64,000 nt of DNA from an uncultured Trueperaceae bacterium (lineage in GTDB: Bacteria > Deinococcota > Deinococci > Deinococcales > Trueperaceae): NCBI GenBank assembly GCA_963727505.1, contig CAVSGP010000006.1:96001-160000 (forward strand), written 5' to 3'. The position numbers and the translations under genes are program-made. The notes below the pieces were generated by a model. It worked only from the letters and a program-made list of their open reading frames with translations, had not been told where the DNA came from and did no database searches. Shown piece by piece: positions 30,621 to 45,192 of the stretch; the first letter of the stretch is position 1, and each line of letters opens with the position of its first letter.

Positions 30621-31897
30621 GCTCCAAGATGACCAACCCCGAAGCTCCGGCACCCTCCGACGACGCGGCCTTCGAGGCGCGCCTGAACACCTACGCCGAC
30701 CTGCTCGTGAAGGTGGGCGTGAATCTGCAACCCGGTCAGGGCCTGATGCTGCGGGCGCAGACCGAGGCGGCCCCGCTGGTACGGAAGGTCGTCGAGACGG
30801 CCTACCGGTTGGGCGCGCCTCTGGTCGACGTGTCCTGGTCCGACGACGCGGTGACACGCGCGCGCTTCCTGCACGCCCCCGACGACAGCTTCGAGCGCGT
30901 GCCGACGTGGCGCGCCGACGGCTACCTGGCGATGGCGCAGCAGGGTTTCGCCTCCCTCGCCATCCTCAGCGACGACCCGGACCTGCTGGCCGGCACCGAG
31001 CCGGAGCGCTGGGCCACCTACGCCCGCGCCTGGCAGCGTGCCAACCGCGCCTATCAGCAGATCGCGATGAACGACGGCATCGCCTGGAGCGTGGCCGCCT
31101 ATGGCGGGCTGGCCTGGGCCCGCAAGGCCTTCCCCGGGGTCGAGGACGTACAGGCTGTCGAGAGCCTGTGGGACGCGATCTTCGCCGCCAGCCGGGTGAC
31201 AGAGCCGGACCCGGTGGCGGCGTGGGAGCAGCACAACGGCCGGATCAAGGGCTGGGGCGAGCGGTTGAACGGTCGCCGCTACGCGGCCGTGCGCTTCCGC
31301 GGCCCCGGCACCGACCTGCGCGTCGGTCTCGCGGACGGCCACACCTGGGAGGGTGGGAGCGCCGTCACTCCCGGCGGCACGCGCTTCACGCCCAACATGC
31401 CCACCGAGGAGATCTTCACAGCACCCCACCGCGAGCGCGTCGACGGCGTCGTCAAGGCCAGCATGCCGCTGGCCAACGGCGGCTCGGTCATCGACGACTT
31501 CACGCTGCGCTTCGAGAAGGGCGCGGTCGTGGAGGCGCATGCCGGCACCGGTCAGGCGGCGCTGGACCGCATCCTCGACACCGACGAGGGTGCTCGGCGG
31601 CTGGGCGAGGTCGCGCTGGTACCGGCCTCCAGCCCCATCGCGCGCACCGGGGTGCTGTTCTTCGAGACCCTGTTCGACGAGAACGCCGCCAGCCACATCG
31701 CGCTGGGCCGCGCCTACCCGACGACCGTCGAGGGGGGCGCCGCGATGAGCGAGGAGCAAGCACGCGGCGCGGGCCTCAACGACTCGCTCGCCCACGTCGA
31801 CTTCATGATCGGCTCGGCCGAGATGGACGTCGATGGCGAGACCGCCGACGGCCGGCTCGAGCCCGTCATGCGCGCCGGGGAGTGGGTGGACGGATAG
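30617..31897 (+). CDS. M29 family aminopeptidase (AmpS/AmpT/PepS)
   Basis: YADLLVKVGVNLQPGQ, PNMPTEEIFTAP, LGEVALV, LFDENAASHIALG, HVDFMIG. Confidence 0.95.
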   Translation: MSSKMTNPEAPAPSDDAAFEARLNTYADLLVKVGVNLQPGQGLMLRAQTEAAPLVRKVVETAYRLGAPLVDVSWSDDAVTRARFLHAPDDSFERVPTWRADGYLAMAQQGFASLAILSDDPDLLAGTEPERWATYARAWQRANRAYQQIAMNDGIAWSVAAYGGLAWARKAFPGVEDVQAVESLWDAIFAASRVTEPDPVAAWEQHNGRIKGWGERLNGRRYAAVRFRGPGTDLRVGLADGHTWEGGSAVTPGGTRFTPNMPTEEIFTAPHRERVDGVVKASMPLANGGSVIDDFTLRFEKGAVVEAHAGTGQAALDRILDTDEGARRLGEVALVPASSPIARTGVLFFETLFDENAASHIALGRAYPTTVEGGAAMSEEQARGAGLNDSLAHVDFMIGSAEMDVDGETADGRLEPVMRAGEWVDG

Positions 31898-31920
31898 CCG
31901 GCGTCTCCGACCCCCACCGC

Positions 31921-34167
<2,247 letters not shown>

Positions 34168-34192
34168 GGGCGGCACACGGCAGCGCTCGCGC

Positions 34193-34924
34193 TCAACGGT
34201 CCTTGTGCACTCCCAGGTAGAGCGCTCCGATGTCTTCGCGCCTCAGGAGCTCCCGGGCGGGTCCCTCGAAGCGCACGCTGCCGTTCTCCAGCACCACGCC
34301 CCGGTCGACGTGCTCCAGGGCCTGCCGGGCGTTCTGCTCGACCATCAGTACCGAAGTCCCGGTCCGGCAGATGTCCGTGACGGTCTCGAAGATGAAGCGC
34401 ACCATGCCGGGCGAGAGCCCGGCCGACGGCTCGTCGAGCAGCAGCAGATCGGGCTCGGGCATGAGCGCGCGTGCCATGGCCAGCACCTGGCGCTGCCCGC
34501 CCGAGAGCGTCCGCGCCTGCTGTCGGCGCCGCTCGCTCAGTAGCGGGAACAGCTCGAAGAGCTCGCGGATGCGCTTCGCGGCGCCGCGGCCGAGCTGCGC
34601 CCCACCCATCTCCAGGTTCTCCTCGACAGACATCGACCCGAAGACGTTGCTGATCTGCGGGACGTAGCCGATGCCACGTCGAACGACCGCCTCGGTGGGG
34701 AGCCCGGTGACGCGGTGCCCTGCCAGCCGCGCTTCGCCTCCGGTCACGCTGGCCAGCCCCACCAGCGCCTTCATCAACGTGCTCTTGCCGGCACCGTTGG
34801 GGCCGAACACCAGCAGCTGCTCGCCCTCCAGAACGCTCAGCGACACCCCGAAGAGGATCTGCAGCGCGTCGTAGCCCGCATCCAGGGCATCCACCTCGAG
34901 TAGCGGCCGGCCGCTGGCGCTCAC
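34193..34924 (-). CDS. Branched-chain amino acid ABC transporter ATPase (LivF-like)
   Basis: GPNGAGKSTL, LSGGQRQ, LLDEPSAGL, MVEQNA. Confidence 0.92.
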   Translation of the reverse strand: MSASGRPLLEVDALDAGYDALQILFGVSLSVLEGEQLLVFGPNGAGKSTLMKALVGLASVTGGEARLAGHRVTGLPTEAVVRRGIGYVPQISNVFGSMSVEENLEMGGAQLGRGAAKRIRELFELFPLLSERRRQQARTLSGGQRQVLAMARALMPEPDLLLLDEPSAGLSPGMVRFIFETVTDICRTGTSVLMVEQNARQALEHVDRGVVLENGSVRFEGPARELLRREDIGALYLGVHKDR

Positions 34925-35760
34925 GCCGCGCCCCCCAGGTAGGCTTCGAGCACGCGCTCGTCGCGCTGCACCTCCTCGGGCGTGCCCTCGGCGAGGACGC
35001 TTCCCTGGTGCATCACGACCACGCGGTCGCACAACTGCATGATGAGGTCCATGTCGTGCTCCACCACCAGCACCGTCACGCCCCCGGCATGGACGTCGCG
35101 GATGCGCGCCATCAGGGTGCGCGTGAGCGTCTGGTTCACGCCCGCGGCGGGCTCGTCGAGCATCAGCAGGCGTGGCTCCGTCATCAACGCGCGTCCCAGG
35201 GAGAGCAGCTTGCGTTGCCCGCCGGAGAGCTCGCGTGCCGCCCGTCCGGCCACGCGCTCGAGGCCGAGGAAGGCGAGCAACTCCGAGGCGCGCGCCTGCA
35301 GCACCCGCTCACGCGTCCGGGCCGCACGCCCGAGCACCAGCCCGCCCAGCAGGGTCTCGCCGGGATGGCGCGTGCCGCCGGCCAGCAGGTTCTCCCAGGT
35401 CGACATGTCGGGGAAGATGCGCGGCGTCTGGAAGGTGCGCGCCACGCCGGCGCGGGCGATGAAGTCGGGAGCGCGCCCGGTGAGCGGCCGGCCGGCCATG
35501 CGCACCGTGCCCCGATCGGGCCGCGTCACGCCGGTCACGAGGTCGAACAGCGTCGACTTGCCCGCGCCGTTGGGACCGATCAGGCCGGTGATGGAGCCCT
35601 GCCGGACCGCGAAGCTGGCGCCGGCGACCGCCATCAGGCCGCCGAAGTGCTTCTGCAGGCCCTCGACCGACAGCAGCGCATCGGCGCCCGCGGACCCGGC
35701 GCCCGCGGGCCCGACACCCGCTTGGCGCGTGCGCGTCGGCGTCCCTGCGCCCGCACTCAC
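34921..35760 (-). CDS. Branched-chain amino acid ABC transporter ATPase (LivG-like)
   Basis: KHFGGL, GPNGAGKST, ARTFQ, LDEPAAG, VEHDM, VLEAYLG. Confidence 0.92.
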   Translation of the reverse strand: MSAGAGTPTRTRQAGVGPAGAGSAGADALLSVEGLQKHFGGLMAVAGASFAVRQGSITGLIGPNGAGKSTLFDLVTGVTRPDRGTVRMAGRPLTGRAPDFIARAGVARTFQTPRIFPDMSTWENLLAGGTRHPGETLLGGLVLGRAARTRERVLQARASELLAFLGLERVAGRAARELSGGQRKLLSLGRALMTEPRLLMLDEPAAGVNQTLTRTLMARIRDVHAGGVTVLVVEHDMDLIMQLCDRVVVMHQGSVLAEGTPEEVQRDERVLEAYLGGAA

Positions 35761-36839
35761 AGGGTACCCTTCCCGGGCGGTGCGTCGCCCGTCTCTTCGC
35801 CGCCTGTGGCGTTGGCTCCGTCGGAGTCGGCGCTGGTCGGGGCGTGGCGCCCGCGCAGCCCCGCCCGCCGCCGCGGGCGCCGTGGCCGTTCGGGCAGCAT
35901 CCCGCGCGGGAAGAAGCGCACCACGCCGATGAGTAGCAGCCCGATGAGCACGAAGCGCAGCGACGGCACGAAGCTGGGGTTGCGCCGCGTGAGCCCGGAC
36001 AGCAACGGGATGTCGCCCAGGAAGCGGGTGCCCTGGGTGATGGCCATCAGGGCGAGCGAGCCCAGCAGGGCGCCATAGGCATTGCCGGAGCCGCCCATCA
36101 GCACCGCCAGCCACACCTGGAAGGTCACGATCGGCACGAACTGGCCCACGTGCACCACACCCAGCGAGTGCGTCCACAGGCTTCCGGCGAAGCCCGCCAG
36201 GGCGCCGCCCACGGCGAACGCGCCCAGCTTCAGCGCCGGCGTGCGCTTGCCCAGTGAGCGCGCGGCGACCTCATCGTCGCGCACCGAGCGCAGCGCGCGC
36301 CCGTAGGGGGACTCGGTGAGGCGCACCGTCAGCGCCAGCAGCACCGCGACCACCACCGCCGTCGCGGCCAGGTAGGCGTACGGGTAGACCGACGCCGGGA
36401 TGACGGTGTCCTTTAGCGGTTGCGGCACGTTCGAGATGCCGAACTCGCCACGGGTCAGCCAGTCCTCGTTGGTGAGCACGCTGCGCACGATCTCGGCCAT
36501 GGCGAAGGTGGCGATCGCCAGGTAGTGCGACGACAGCCGCACGCTGGTGACGCCGATCAACAGCGCCAGCAGCCCCCCCGCCACGCCGGCGAGCAGGAAG
36601 CCCACCGGCACCGGCCAGCCCAGGCCGATCTGGTAGTGGGCGCCGGCCTGCAGGTAGGCGGCGCTGCCCTTGGGAGGCAGCGTCAGGAGCGCACTGGTGA
36701 AGGCGCCGATCGCGAAGAAGGCCACGTGCCCGAAGTTCAGCAGCCCGGTGACGCCGTACTGCAGATTGAGGCCGAGCGCCAGCAGACCGTAGATCAGCGC
36801 CAGTGTCAGCAGCCCCACCAGGAAGGGCAGCAGCGCCAT
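35757..36839 (-). CDS. Branched-chain amino acid ABC transporter permease (LivM-like)
   Basis: GLNLQYGVTGLLNFGH, YLAIAT, SPYGRALRSVRDDE, MGGSGN. Confidence 0.9.
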   Translation of the reverse strand: MALLPFLVGLLTLALIYGLLALGLNLQYGVTGLLNFGHVAFFAIGAFTSALLTLPPKGSAAYLQAGAHYQIGLGWPVPVGFLLAGVAGGLLALLIGVTSVRLSSHYLAIATFAMAEIVRSVLTNEDWLTRGEFGISNVPQPLKDTVIPASVYPYAYLAATAVVVAVLLALTVRLTESPYGRALRSVRDDEVAARSLGKRTPALKLGAFAVGGALAGFAGSLWTHSLGVVHVGQFVPIVTFQVWLAVLMGGSGNAYGALLGSLALMAITQGTRFLGDIPLLSGLTRRNPSFVPSLRFVLIGLLLIGVVRFFPRGMLPERPRRPRRRAGLRGRHAPTSADSDGANATGGEETGDAPPGKGTL

Positions 36840-37699
36840 CAGAAGGCCCCCCGCAGGATGCCGCGCGGCCTCAGCAGCAGCACCAGCACCAGGATCAGGA
36901 AGGCGAAGGCGTGGCCGTAGTCGGGCGAGAGGTAGGTGGTGCCGAGCTCGATCCCCAGCCCCACCACCAGCGATCCCAGCATGGCGCCGTAGGGGTTGCC
37001 GATGCCGCCCAGCAGCACCGCCGAGAACACGACCAGCAGGAAGCTCCAACCCATGACCGGCTGAACGGCGATCTGCGTCATGGCCAGCAGCACGCCGCCG
37101 AGGCCGCCGATGGCGGAGCTCAGGAACCAGGTCGCGGCCAGCACGCGCGCCGTGGAGATGCCCGAGGCCCGGGCCAGGGCGGGGTTGTCGCTGGTAGCGC
37201 GCATCATCTTGCCGATGCGGGTGAGCGTGAGCAGCAGGTGCACGCCGATCATCGCCAGCAGCGCCACGACCACCACCAGAACAGGCACCTTCGGCACGAA
37301 CAGGGCGCCGACGTGCCACGGGCGCATCAGCGGCAACGGGAAGCGGATGGGATTGGAGCCGGCGAACATCCTGACCACGTTCTGCAGCACGAATGCCAGG
37401 CCCACGCTGGTGACGAGCAGCGGCAGGAAGCCGCGGCTCATGAGCGGGTCGAAGAAGACCCGAGCGAGCGCGACGCCGGCGACGCCGACCGCCACCATGG
37501 CGACAACGATCGCCAGCGGCAGCGAGAGCCCCAACGCCACGCCCAGGACCGCGAAGTAGGCGCCGAGCGTGAGGAACTCGCCGTAGGAGAAGTTGATGAA
37601 GCGGGTCACGCCGTAGGACAGCGACAGGCCCACGGCACTGAGGCTGATCACGGCTCCGGTGGCGACCCCGAAGATGAGGGTCTGGAGGAAGGCGGTCAT
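36839..37699 (-). CDS. Branched-chain amino acid ABC transporter permease (LivH-like)
   Basis: GLSLSYGVTRFINFSYG, TRIGKMMRATSDN, LLGGIG, RPRGI. Confidence 0.9.
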   Translation of the reverse strand: MTAFLQTLIFGVATGAVISLSAVGLSLSYGVTRFINFSYGEFLTLGAYFAVLGVALGLSLPLAIVVAMVAVGVAGVALARVFFDPLMSRGFLPLLVTSVGLAFVLQNVVRMFAGSNPIRFPLPLMRPWHVGALFVPKVPVLVVVVALLAMIGVHLLLTLTRIGKMMRATSDNPALARASGISTARVLAATWFLSSAIGGLGGVLLAMTQIAVQPVMGWSFLLVVFSAVLLGGIGNPYGAMLGSLVVGLGIELGTTYLSPDYGHAFAFLILVLVLLLRPRGILRGAF

Positions 37700-37716
37700 G
37701 CGGGCGCGATCAGGCG

Positions 37717-37756
37717 CCAGGCAAGAGCCCCGGCCATCGCCGGGGCCCCCGCCTGG
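37717..37756. other. Intercistronic hairpin after the substrate-binding gene
   Basis: GCCCCGGC-CATC-GCCGGGGC flanked by CCAGGC/GCCTGG; typical position for an mRNA-stabilising stem. Confidence 0.5.
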
Positions 37757-37768
37757 GTGTGGGACGCG

Positions 37769-39001
37769 TTACTGGAGCGCGCTGGCCGGGAGGATGGTGA
37801 CATCCGTCCAGGCGCCGTCCTTGACCTGTCGGATGGCGAAGGGCGCGGTGATGTTGCCGTAGGCATCGAAGTCGATCGGCCCCACCAGACCCTGGTAGTT
37901 GATCTCCTTGCCGGCCTCCAACGCCTTCTTGCCGGACGTGTAGTCGGTGACCTGGACCTTGCCGTCGCCGGGGTCGGCGACCGCGCGGATGTTCTGCGTC
38001 ACCGTGGTGCGGTTGACGGCGCCGTCCTTGATCTGGGCGCGCAGCATGGCCAGCGCCAGCACGTTCATCGCGTCGTAGGTGTTGGTGCCGAAGATCTGCA
38101 CGTCCTTGCCGCTGTAAGCCTTGAAGCGCTGCTTGAAGGCGTCGTTACGGGCGGCCGATTCCGGGGAGGCGACCTCCTCCAGGCCGTAGATGCCGTTGGC
38201 GAGCTGCGGCGTCGCGAGCTTGATGAAGTCGGCGTTGGTCTGGTCCTGGGTCACGAACCAGGTGCCCTGGTAGCCGGCCTGGAAGGCCGCCTGCATGATG
38301 CGCACCGAGTCCTCGGGGGTGCCCACCAGCACGATCACGTCGGGATTGTGCGAGAGGGCGTCCTGCACCTCGGAGCGGTAGCTCGGCTTGCCCGGCGCGT
38401 ACTCGAGCGTCGCCTTCGCGGGCATGCCGTACTTCTCGAACGAAGTCTGCAGCGGGCTCTCGAACGACACCATGGCCGGCGACTTGGCGACCATCAGCAC
38501 CGGCGACGTGAAGGCCTGCGCACGCGCCAGGTACTTTGCGTCGGTGGCCGCGCGAGCGATGGCCCGCCCGCCCAGCGAGTCCGACGGAACGGTTCGGAAG
38601 AAGACCTTCGTGCCCGCCCTGTCGAGCTCGGTCGTGCCGGCCGTGGGGGAGACCATCGGCACGCCGGTGTCCTGGATGAGCTGCTTGGAGCCCGAGAACG
38701 ACAGCGAGGTCGGACCCAGCAAGGCGACGGCGTTGTCGACGTTGATGAGCTTCTGTGCGGCGGTGAAGCCGGCGTCCACGGTGCCCTCGGTGTCGCCCTG
38801 ACTGAAGACGATGTCACGCCCGCCGATGCCGCCGGACTGGTTCACCTCGTCGGCGATCATCTGGGCCACGGGCTGGACGTTCGCTCCCACCCAGTCGTAC
38901 TGACCGGTGAACGGGAGCAGGATGCCGACCTTGATCGAACCCCCCTGTGCGAGGGCGACGGTGGTCAGAACCGCAGCGAGCAACGTGATGGCGCGTCTCA
39001 T
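37769..39001 (-). CDS. ABC transporter substrate-binding protein (LivK/J-like)
   Basis: MRRAITLLAAVL signal peptide, IKVGILLPFTG, FFRTVPSD, YDAM, YQGLVGPIDFD; SD AGGAGG. Confidence 0.9.
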   Translation of the reverse strand: MRRAITLLAAVLTTVALAQGGSIKVGILLPFTGQYDWVGANVQPVAQMIADEVNQSGGIGGRDIVFSQGDTEGTVDAGFTAAQKLINVDNAVALLGPTSLSFSGSKQLIQDTGVPMVSPTAGTTELDRAGTKVFFRTVPSDSLGGRAIARAATDAKYLARAQAFTSPVLMVAKSPAMVSFESPLQTSFEKYGMPAKATLEYAPGKPSYRSEVQDALSHNPDVIVLVGTPEDSVRIMQAAFQAGYQGTWFVTQDQTNADFIKLATPQLANGIYGLEEVASPESAARNDAFKQRFKAYSGKDVQIFGTNTYDAMNVLALAMLRAQIKDGAVNRTTVTQNIRAVADPGDGKVQVTDYTSGKKALEAGKEINYQGLVGPIDFDAYGNITAPFAIRQVKDGAWTDVTILPASALQ

Positions 39002-39150
39002 GGGACCTCCTGACATCGACGTGGATACCTGGGACCTGCTGCGTGCAGGGCGGAGGGAGTGGACCTTCGCGACGGAAGGGTTTGCGTGGGAGTCTAGCAC
39101 GGCGGCCGTCCGGCGCGACGGGCTCAGCGCCGGGGGCGGGCGCGACGCGC

Positions 39151-41118
39151 TCAGCGCACTTCGCTGCCGTCGGGAAGGTCGGCCTCCAGCGTGGCCACGC
39201 TGAGGTTCCCCGCCTCGTCCTCCGCGGCCAGGATCATCCCCTCGGAGCGCACGCCGCGTAGTGTCACCGGCTTGAGGTTGGCCACCAGGATGAGCTTCTT
39301 GCCGACGAGGTCGCCGGGCGCGTAGTGCTCCCGGATGCCCGAAACCACGGTGCGGGTCTCCGGGCCCATGCGGACGGTGAGCACCAGCAGCTTGTCGGCG
39401 TTGGGGTGGGGCTCGGCCTTCTCGACGGTGACGACCCGGAGCTCGACCTGCCCGAAGTCGTGGATGGAGATCTCCGCTTTGTGCTCCAGCGGCTCGGACT
39501 CGGGCTCGGCCATGGCCTTCTCGAGGGCCTCCAGATCGATGCGTGGGAACAGCGGTTCGCCGGGAGAGGACTGCGTGCCGGCGGGCACCAGCCCCCACTG
39601 CGCCGCGCTGTCGAGTTCGAAGGGGACGCGCTTGATGCCGAGCTGCTTGCGCAGCTCGCGTGCCTTGCCCGGGATCACCGGCTCGAGCAGGATGCTGGCG
39701 CAGCGCAGCGCCTCCACGCAGGTGTTGAGCACGGTGTCGAGGCGCCCCGCCTGAGCGGGGTCCTTGGCGAGTTCCCAGGGGGTGGTCTCGCTGATGTACT
39801 TGTTGGCCTTGCGCACCGCTTCCATCACGGCCTCCAGCGCGCGGTCGAACTGGAGGTCGTCGAAGCGCTGCCGCACCAGCGCCGGCAGGCCGGTGAAGCT
39901 GGCCTTGAGTTCCTCGTCCAAGGGCTCGAGGGCGCCCGCGGCAGGGACCACCCCGTCGCGGTAGCGTGCCAGCATGCCGAGGGTGCGGTTGAGCAGGTTG
40001 CCCAGGTCGTTGGCCAGGTCGGAGTTGATGCGCTCGGCGATGCCCGCTTCGCTGAAGCTGGCGTCGAGACCGAAGTTCATGTCGCGCAGCAGGTAGTAGC
40101 GGAAGGCGTCGTTGCCGTACTTCCGTTGCAGGTCGAGCGGCCGGATGACGTTGCCCAGCGACTTGCTCATCTTGCGTTCGTTGACGAGCCAGTAGCCGTG
40201 CACGTTGAGGTGGTGGTACAGCGGGATGCCCGCCGCCTTGAGCATGATCGGCCAGAACAGGCCGTGGGGCTTGACGATGTCCTTGGCGATGAAGTGCTCC
40301 ACGTGCGGCCAGTAGCGTTCCTCCAGACCCCTGGAGGCGAGCGCCGAGTAGTAGTTGATGAGGGCGTCGAACCACACGTAGGTGACGTGCTCGTCGTCCC
40401 ATGGCAGCGGGATGCCCCAGGGCACGCGCTTGCGCGGCCGGCTGATGGAGAGGTCGCCGATCGGCTCGCGCAGCATGGCGAGCACTTCGTTGCGGTAGCG
40501 CTCGGGGCGGATCAGCTCGGGGTTCTCCTCGAGCGTCTCGCGCAGCCACGGCCGGTACTTCTCCATGCGGAAGAAGTAGTTCGCCTCGGTCCGGTACTCG
40601 GGGGGCTCGTCGGACTCCGGGCACTTGCCGTCGACGATCTCCTTCTCGGTCACGAAGCGCTCGGCGCCGACGCAGTAGAGGCCGGAGTACTCGCCGTAGA
40701 AGATGTCGCCGTTGTCGTAGACGCGTTGCAGGACGTCGCGCACGACCTTCTGGTGGCGCTCCTCGGTGGTCCGGATGAACTCGTCGTACTGGATGCCGAG
40801 TCGATCCCAGGTCGCGCGGAACTGCGCCGCCACGTCGTCGACGTACTGCTGCGGGGTCTTGCCCGCCTTCTCCGCGGCCTTGGCCACCTTCTCGCCGTGC
40901 TCGTCGGTGCCGGTGAGGAAGAAGGTGTCGTCGCCCAGCAGCCGATGGAAGCGCGTGACGACGTCGACCAGCGTGGTGGTGTAGGCGTGGCCGATGTGCG
41001 GAGCGGCGTTGACGTAGAAGATCGGGGTGGTGGCGTAGAAGCTGCCGCCTCGACGTTTCTCCTCGGCCTCGCTCTGCCGTTCGGGGCGTGCGTCCGCAGG
41101 GGTCTCGACTGTCTCCAT
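39151..41118 (-). CDS. metG: Methionine--tRNA ligase with C-terminal tRNA-binding domain
   Basis: TTPIFYVN, HIGH, TGTDEHG, YVWFDAL, KMSKS, LANDLGNL, C-terminal HPNADKL...SEGMILAA; SD GGAGG before ATG 41118. Confidence 0.97.
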   Translation of the reverse strand: METVETPADARPERQSEAEEKRRGGSFYATTPIFYVNAAPHIGHAYTTTLVDVVTRFHRLLGDDTFFLTGTDEHGEKVAKAAEKAGKTPQQYVDDVAAQFRATWDRLGIQYDEFIRTTEERHQKVVRDVLQRVYDNGDIFYGEYSGLYCVGAERFVTEKEIVDGKCPESDEPPEYRTEANYFFRMEKYRPWLRETLEENPELIRPERYRNEVLAMLREPIGDLSISRPRKRVPWGIPLPWDDEHVTYVWFDALINYYSALASRGLEERYWPHVEHFIAKDIVKPHGLFWPIMLKAAGIPLYHHLNVHGYWLVNERKMSKSLGNVIRPLDLQRKYGNDAFRYYLLRDMNFGLDASFSEAGIAERINSDLANDLGNLLNRTLGMLARYRDGVVPAAGALEPLDEELKASFTGLPALVRQRFDDLQFDRALEAVMEAVRKANKYISETTPWELAKDPAQAGRLDTVLNTCVEALRCASILLEPVIPGKARELRKQLGIKRVPFELDSAAQWGLVPAGTQSSPGEPLFPRIDLEALEKAMAEPESEPLEHKAEISIHDFGQVELRVVTVEKAEPHPNADKLLVLTVRMGPETRTVVSGIREHYAPGDLVGKKLILVANLKPVTLRGVRSEGMILAAEDEAGNLSVATLEADLPDGSEVR

Positions 41119-41157
41119 GTGGTCCTCCGAGGTTCGGCCGGGAAACGCCCGTGTGCC

Positions 41158-41188
41158 AAGAAAGAAGGGCGCCGTCCAGACGGCGCCC
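41158..41188 (-). terminator. Intrinsic terminator inside the metG leader (attenuator)
   Basis: Minus strand GGGCGCCGTC-TG-GACGGCGCCC followed by TTCTTTCTT, about 40 nt upstream of the metG start. Confidence 0.8.
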
Positions 41189-41211
41189 ATGACCCTTCCG
41201 AGCGCACCCGC

Positions 41212-41253
41212 TCAGTCGGATCCAGGGCGGCATCCCGTCATTCGCCGGTTCAT
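41212..41253 (-). CDS. Candidate metG leader peptide MNRRMTGCRPGSD
   Basis: TAGACT -10 box (41261-41266) 7 nt before ATG, the same spacing as other leaderless genes; followed by the terminator. Confidence 0.6.
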   Translation of the reverse strand: MNRRMTGCRPGSD

Positions 41254-41409
41254 GGCAACGAGTCTAGCAGACGGCGCGGGTGACCTTCGATCCACGGGCA
41301 GGTGGGCGGCGCGCGAGCCGATGCGCCCTGCCCGGCCGGTGGCGCGCAACCGGCCGGGGTCGTCGCCCGCAGTGAGGGCGTCCCGTGGTCGTGGTGGCAC
41401 AATGGGGGC

Positions 41410-44561
<3,152 letters not shown>

Positions 44562-44630
44562 GGGTGCCCTCGCCGGGCAGGTGCCGTGTGTGCACACGCG
44601 TTCGGACGACTCGCCCCGTACAATGACGGC

Positions 44631-45005
44631 ATGAGCATAGATCCCGACGACCGCGTTCTCGAGGCGCGCACCGCAGTCCTGCGGGCCGCCGTTCCGGCCG
44701 GCGTGCGGGTGAGTTTCGGTGATGGACGCCGTCGAAGCGACCTGACGCTGGCGCTGCTTCGGGGCGAGCGGCTGTCCGTCCTGATGCTGGCGCCGCGCCT
44801 GCTCGAACAGCTCCCAGCCGACATCGAGATCGTGCGTAGCGCCCACGTCGGCCAGAGCTACGAGCTGATGATGGCGCTCACCGAGAGGATCGACCAGCAG
44901 CCGCTACGTTCGCCCGAGCGGCGCGCCAAGCTGCGCCAGCTCGCCGAAGAGCCGATACCGGACGACGAGACCGCGACGCTCCTCGACGCCGGCGACCCTG
45001 CCTGA
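44631..45005 (+). CDS. Hypothetical protein
   Basis: MSIDPDDRVLEART...; TACAAT -10 box 6 nt before ATG. Confidence 0.75.
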   Translation: MSIDPDDRVLEARTAVLRAAVPAGVRVSFGDGRRRSDLTLALLRGERLSVLMLAPRLLEQLPADIEIVRSAHVGQSYELMMALTERIDQQPLRSPERRAKLRQLAEEPIPDDETATLLDAGDPA

Positions 45006-45083
45006 GGGTCGCGCGAACGGCCGATAGGCCTGTCCAGCACAAGGGTGCGTGCTTTCGGCGGCAGCCAGCGGAGAGCGCCGCAT

Positions 45084-45118
45084 AGCCTATTGCATAGGCT
45101 GCAACTCCGTGCTAGACT
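45084..45118 (+). promoter_or_regulatory. Sigma70 promoter with an operator-like palindrome over the -35
   Basis: TTGCAT (45090-45095), 17 nt, TAGACT (45113-45118) with extended TGn; palindrome AGCCTAT-TGC-ATAGGCT (45084-45100). Confidence 0.75.
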
Positions 45119-45192
45119 CCCTGCCCGGGGATGAAGTTCCCCATGCGGCGGCCCCCAGGGCCCCAGCCCATGTCATCAGGGAGGTGAGGTCG

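Noticed and set aside
30907..31920. N-terminal extension making RecQ 1086 aa
   Set aside because: It overlaps the aminopeptidase in another frame and is low-complexity Arg/Gly/Pro; RecQ homology starts near 31921.
39002..41233. 1154-aa ORF apparently extending the ABC substrate-binding protein through metG
   Set aside because: The upstream part is an off-frame read of metG; the SBP has its own -10 box, SD and signal peptide at 39001.
41119..41266. T-box or SAM riboswitch upstream of metG
   Set aside because: The leader is too short for T-box stem I, and neither the GGTGGNACCGCG T-box sequence nor a SAM-I core is present; a leader-peptide model fits better.
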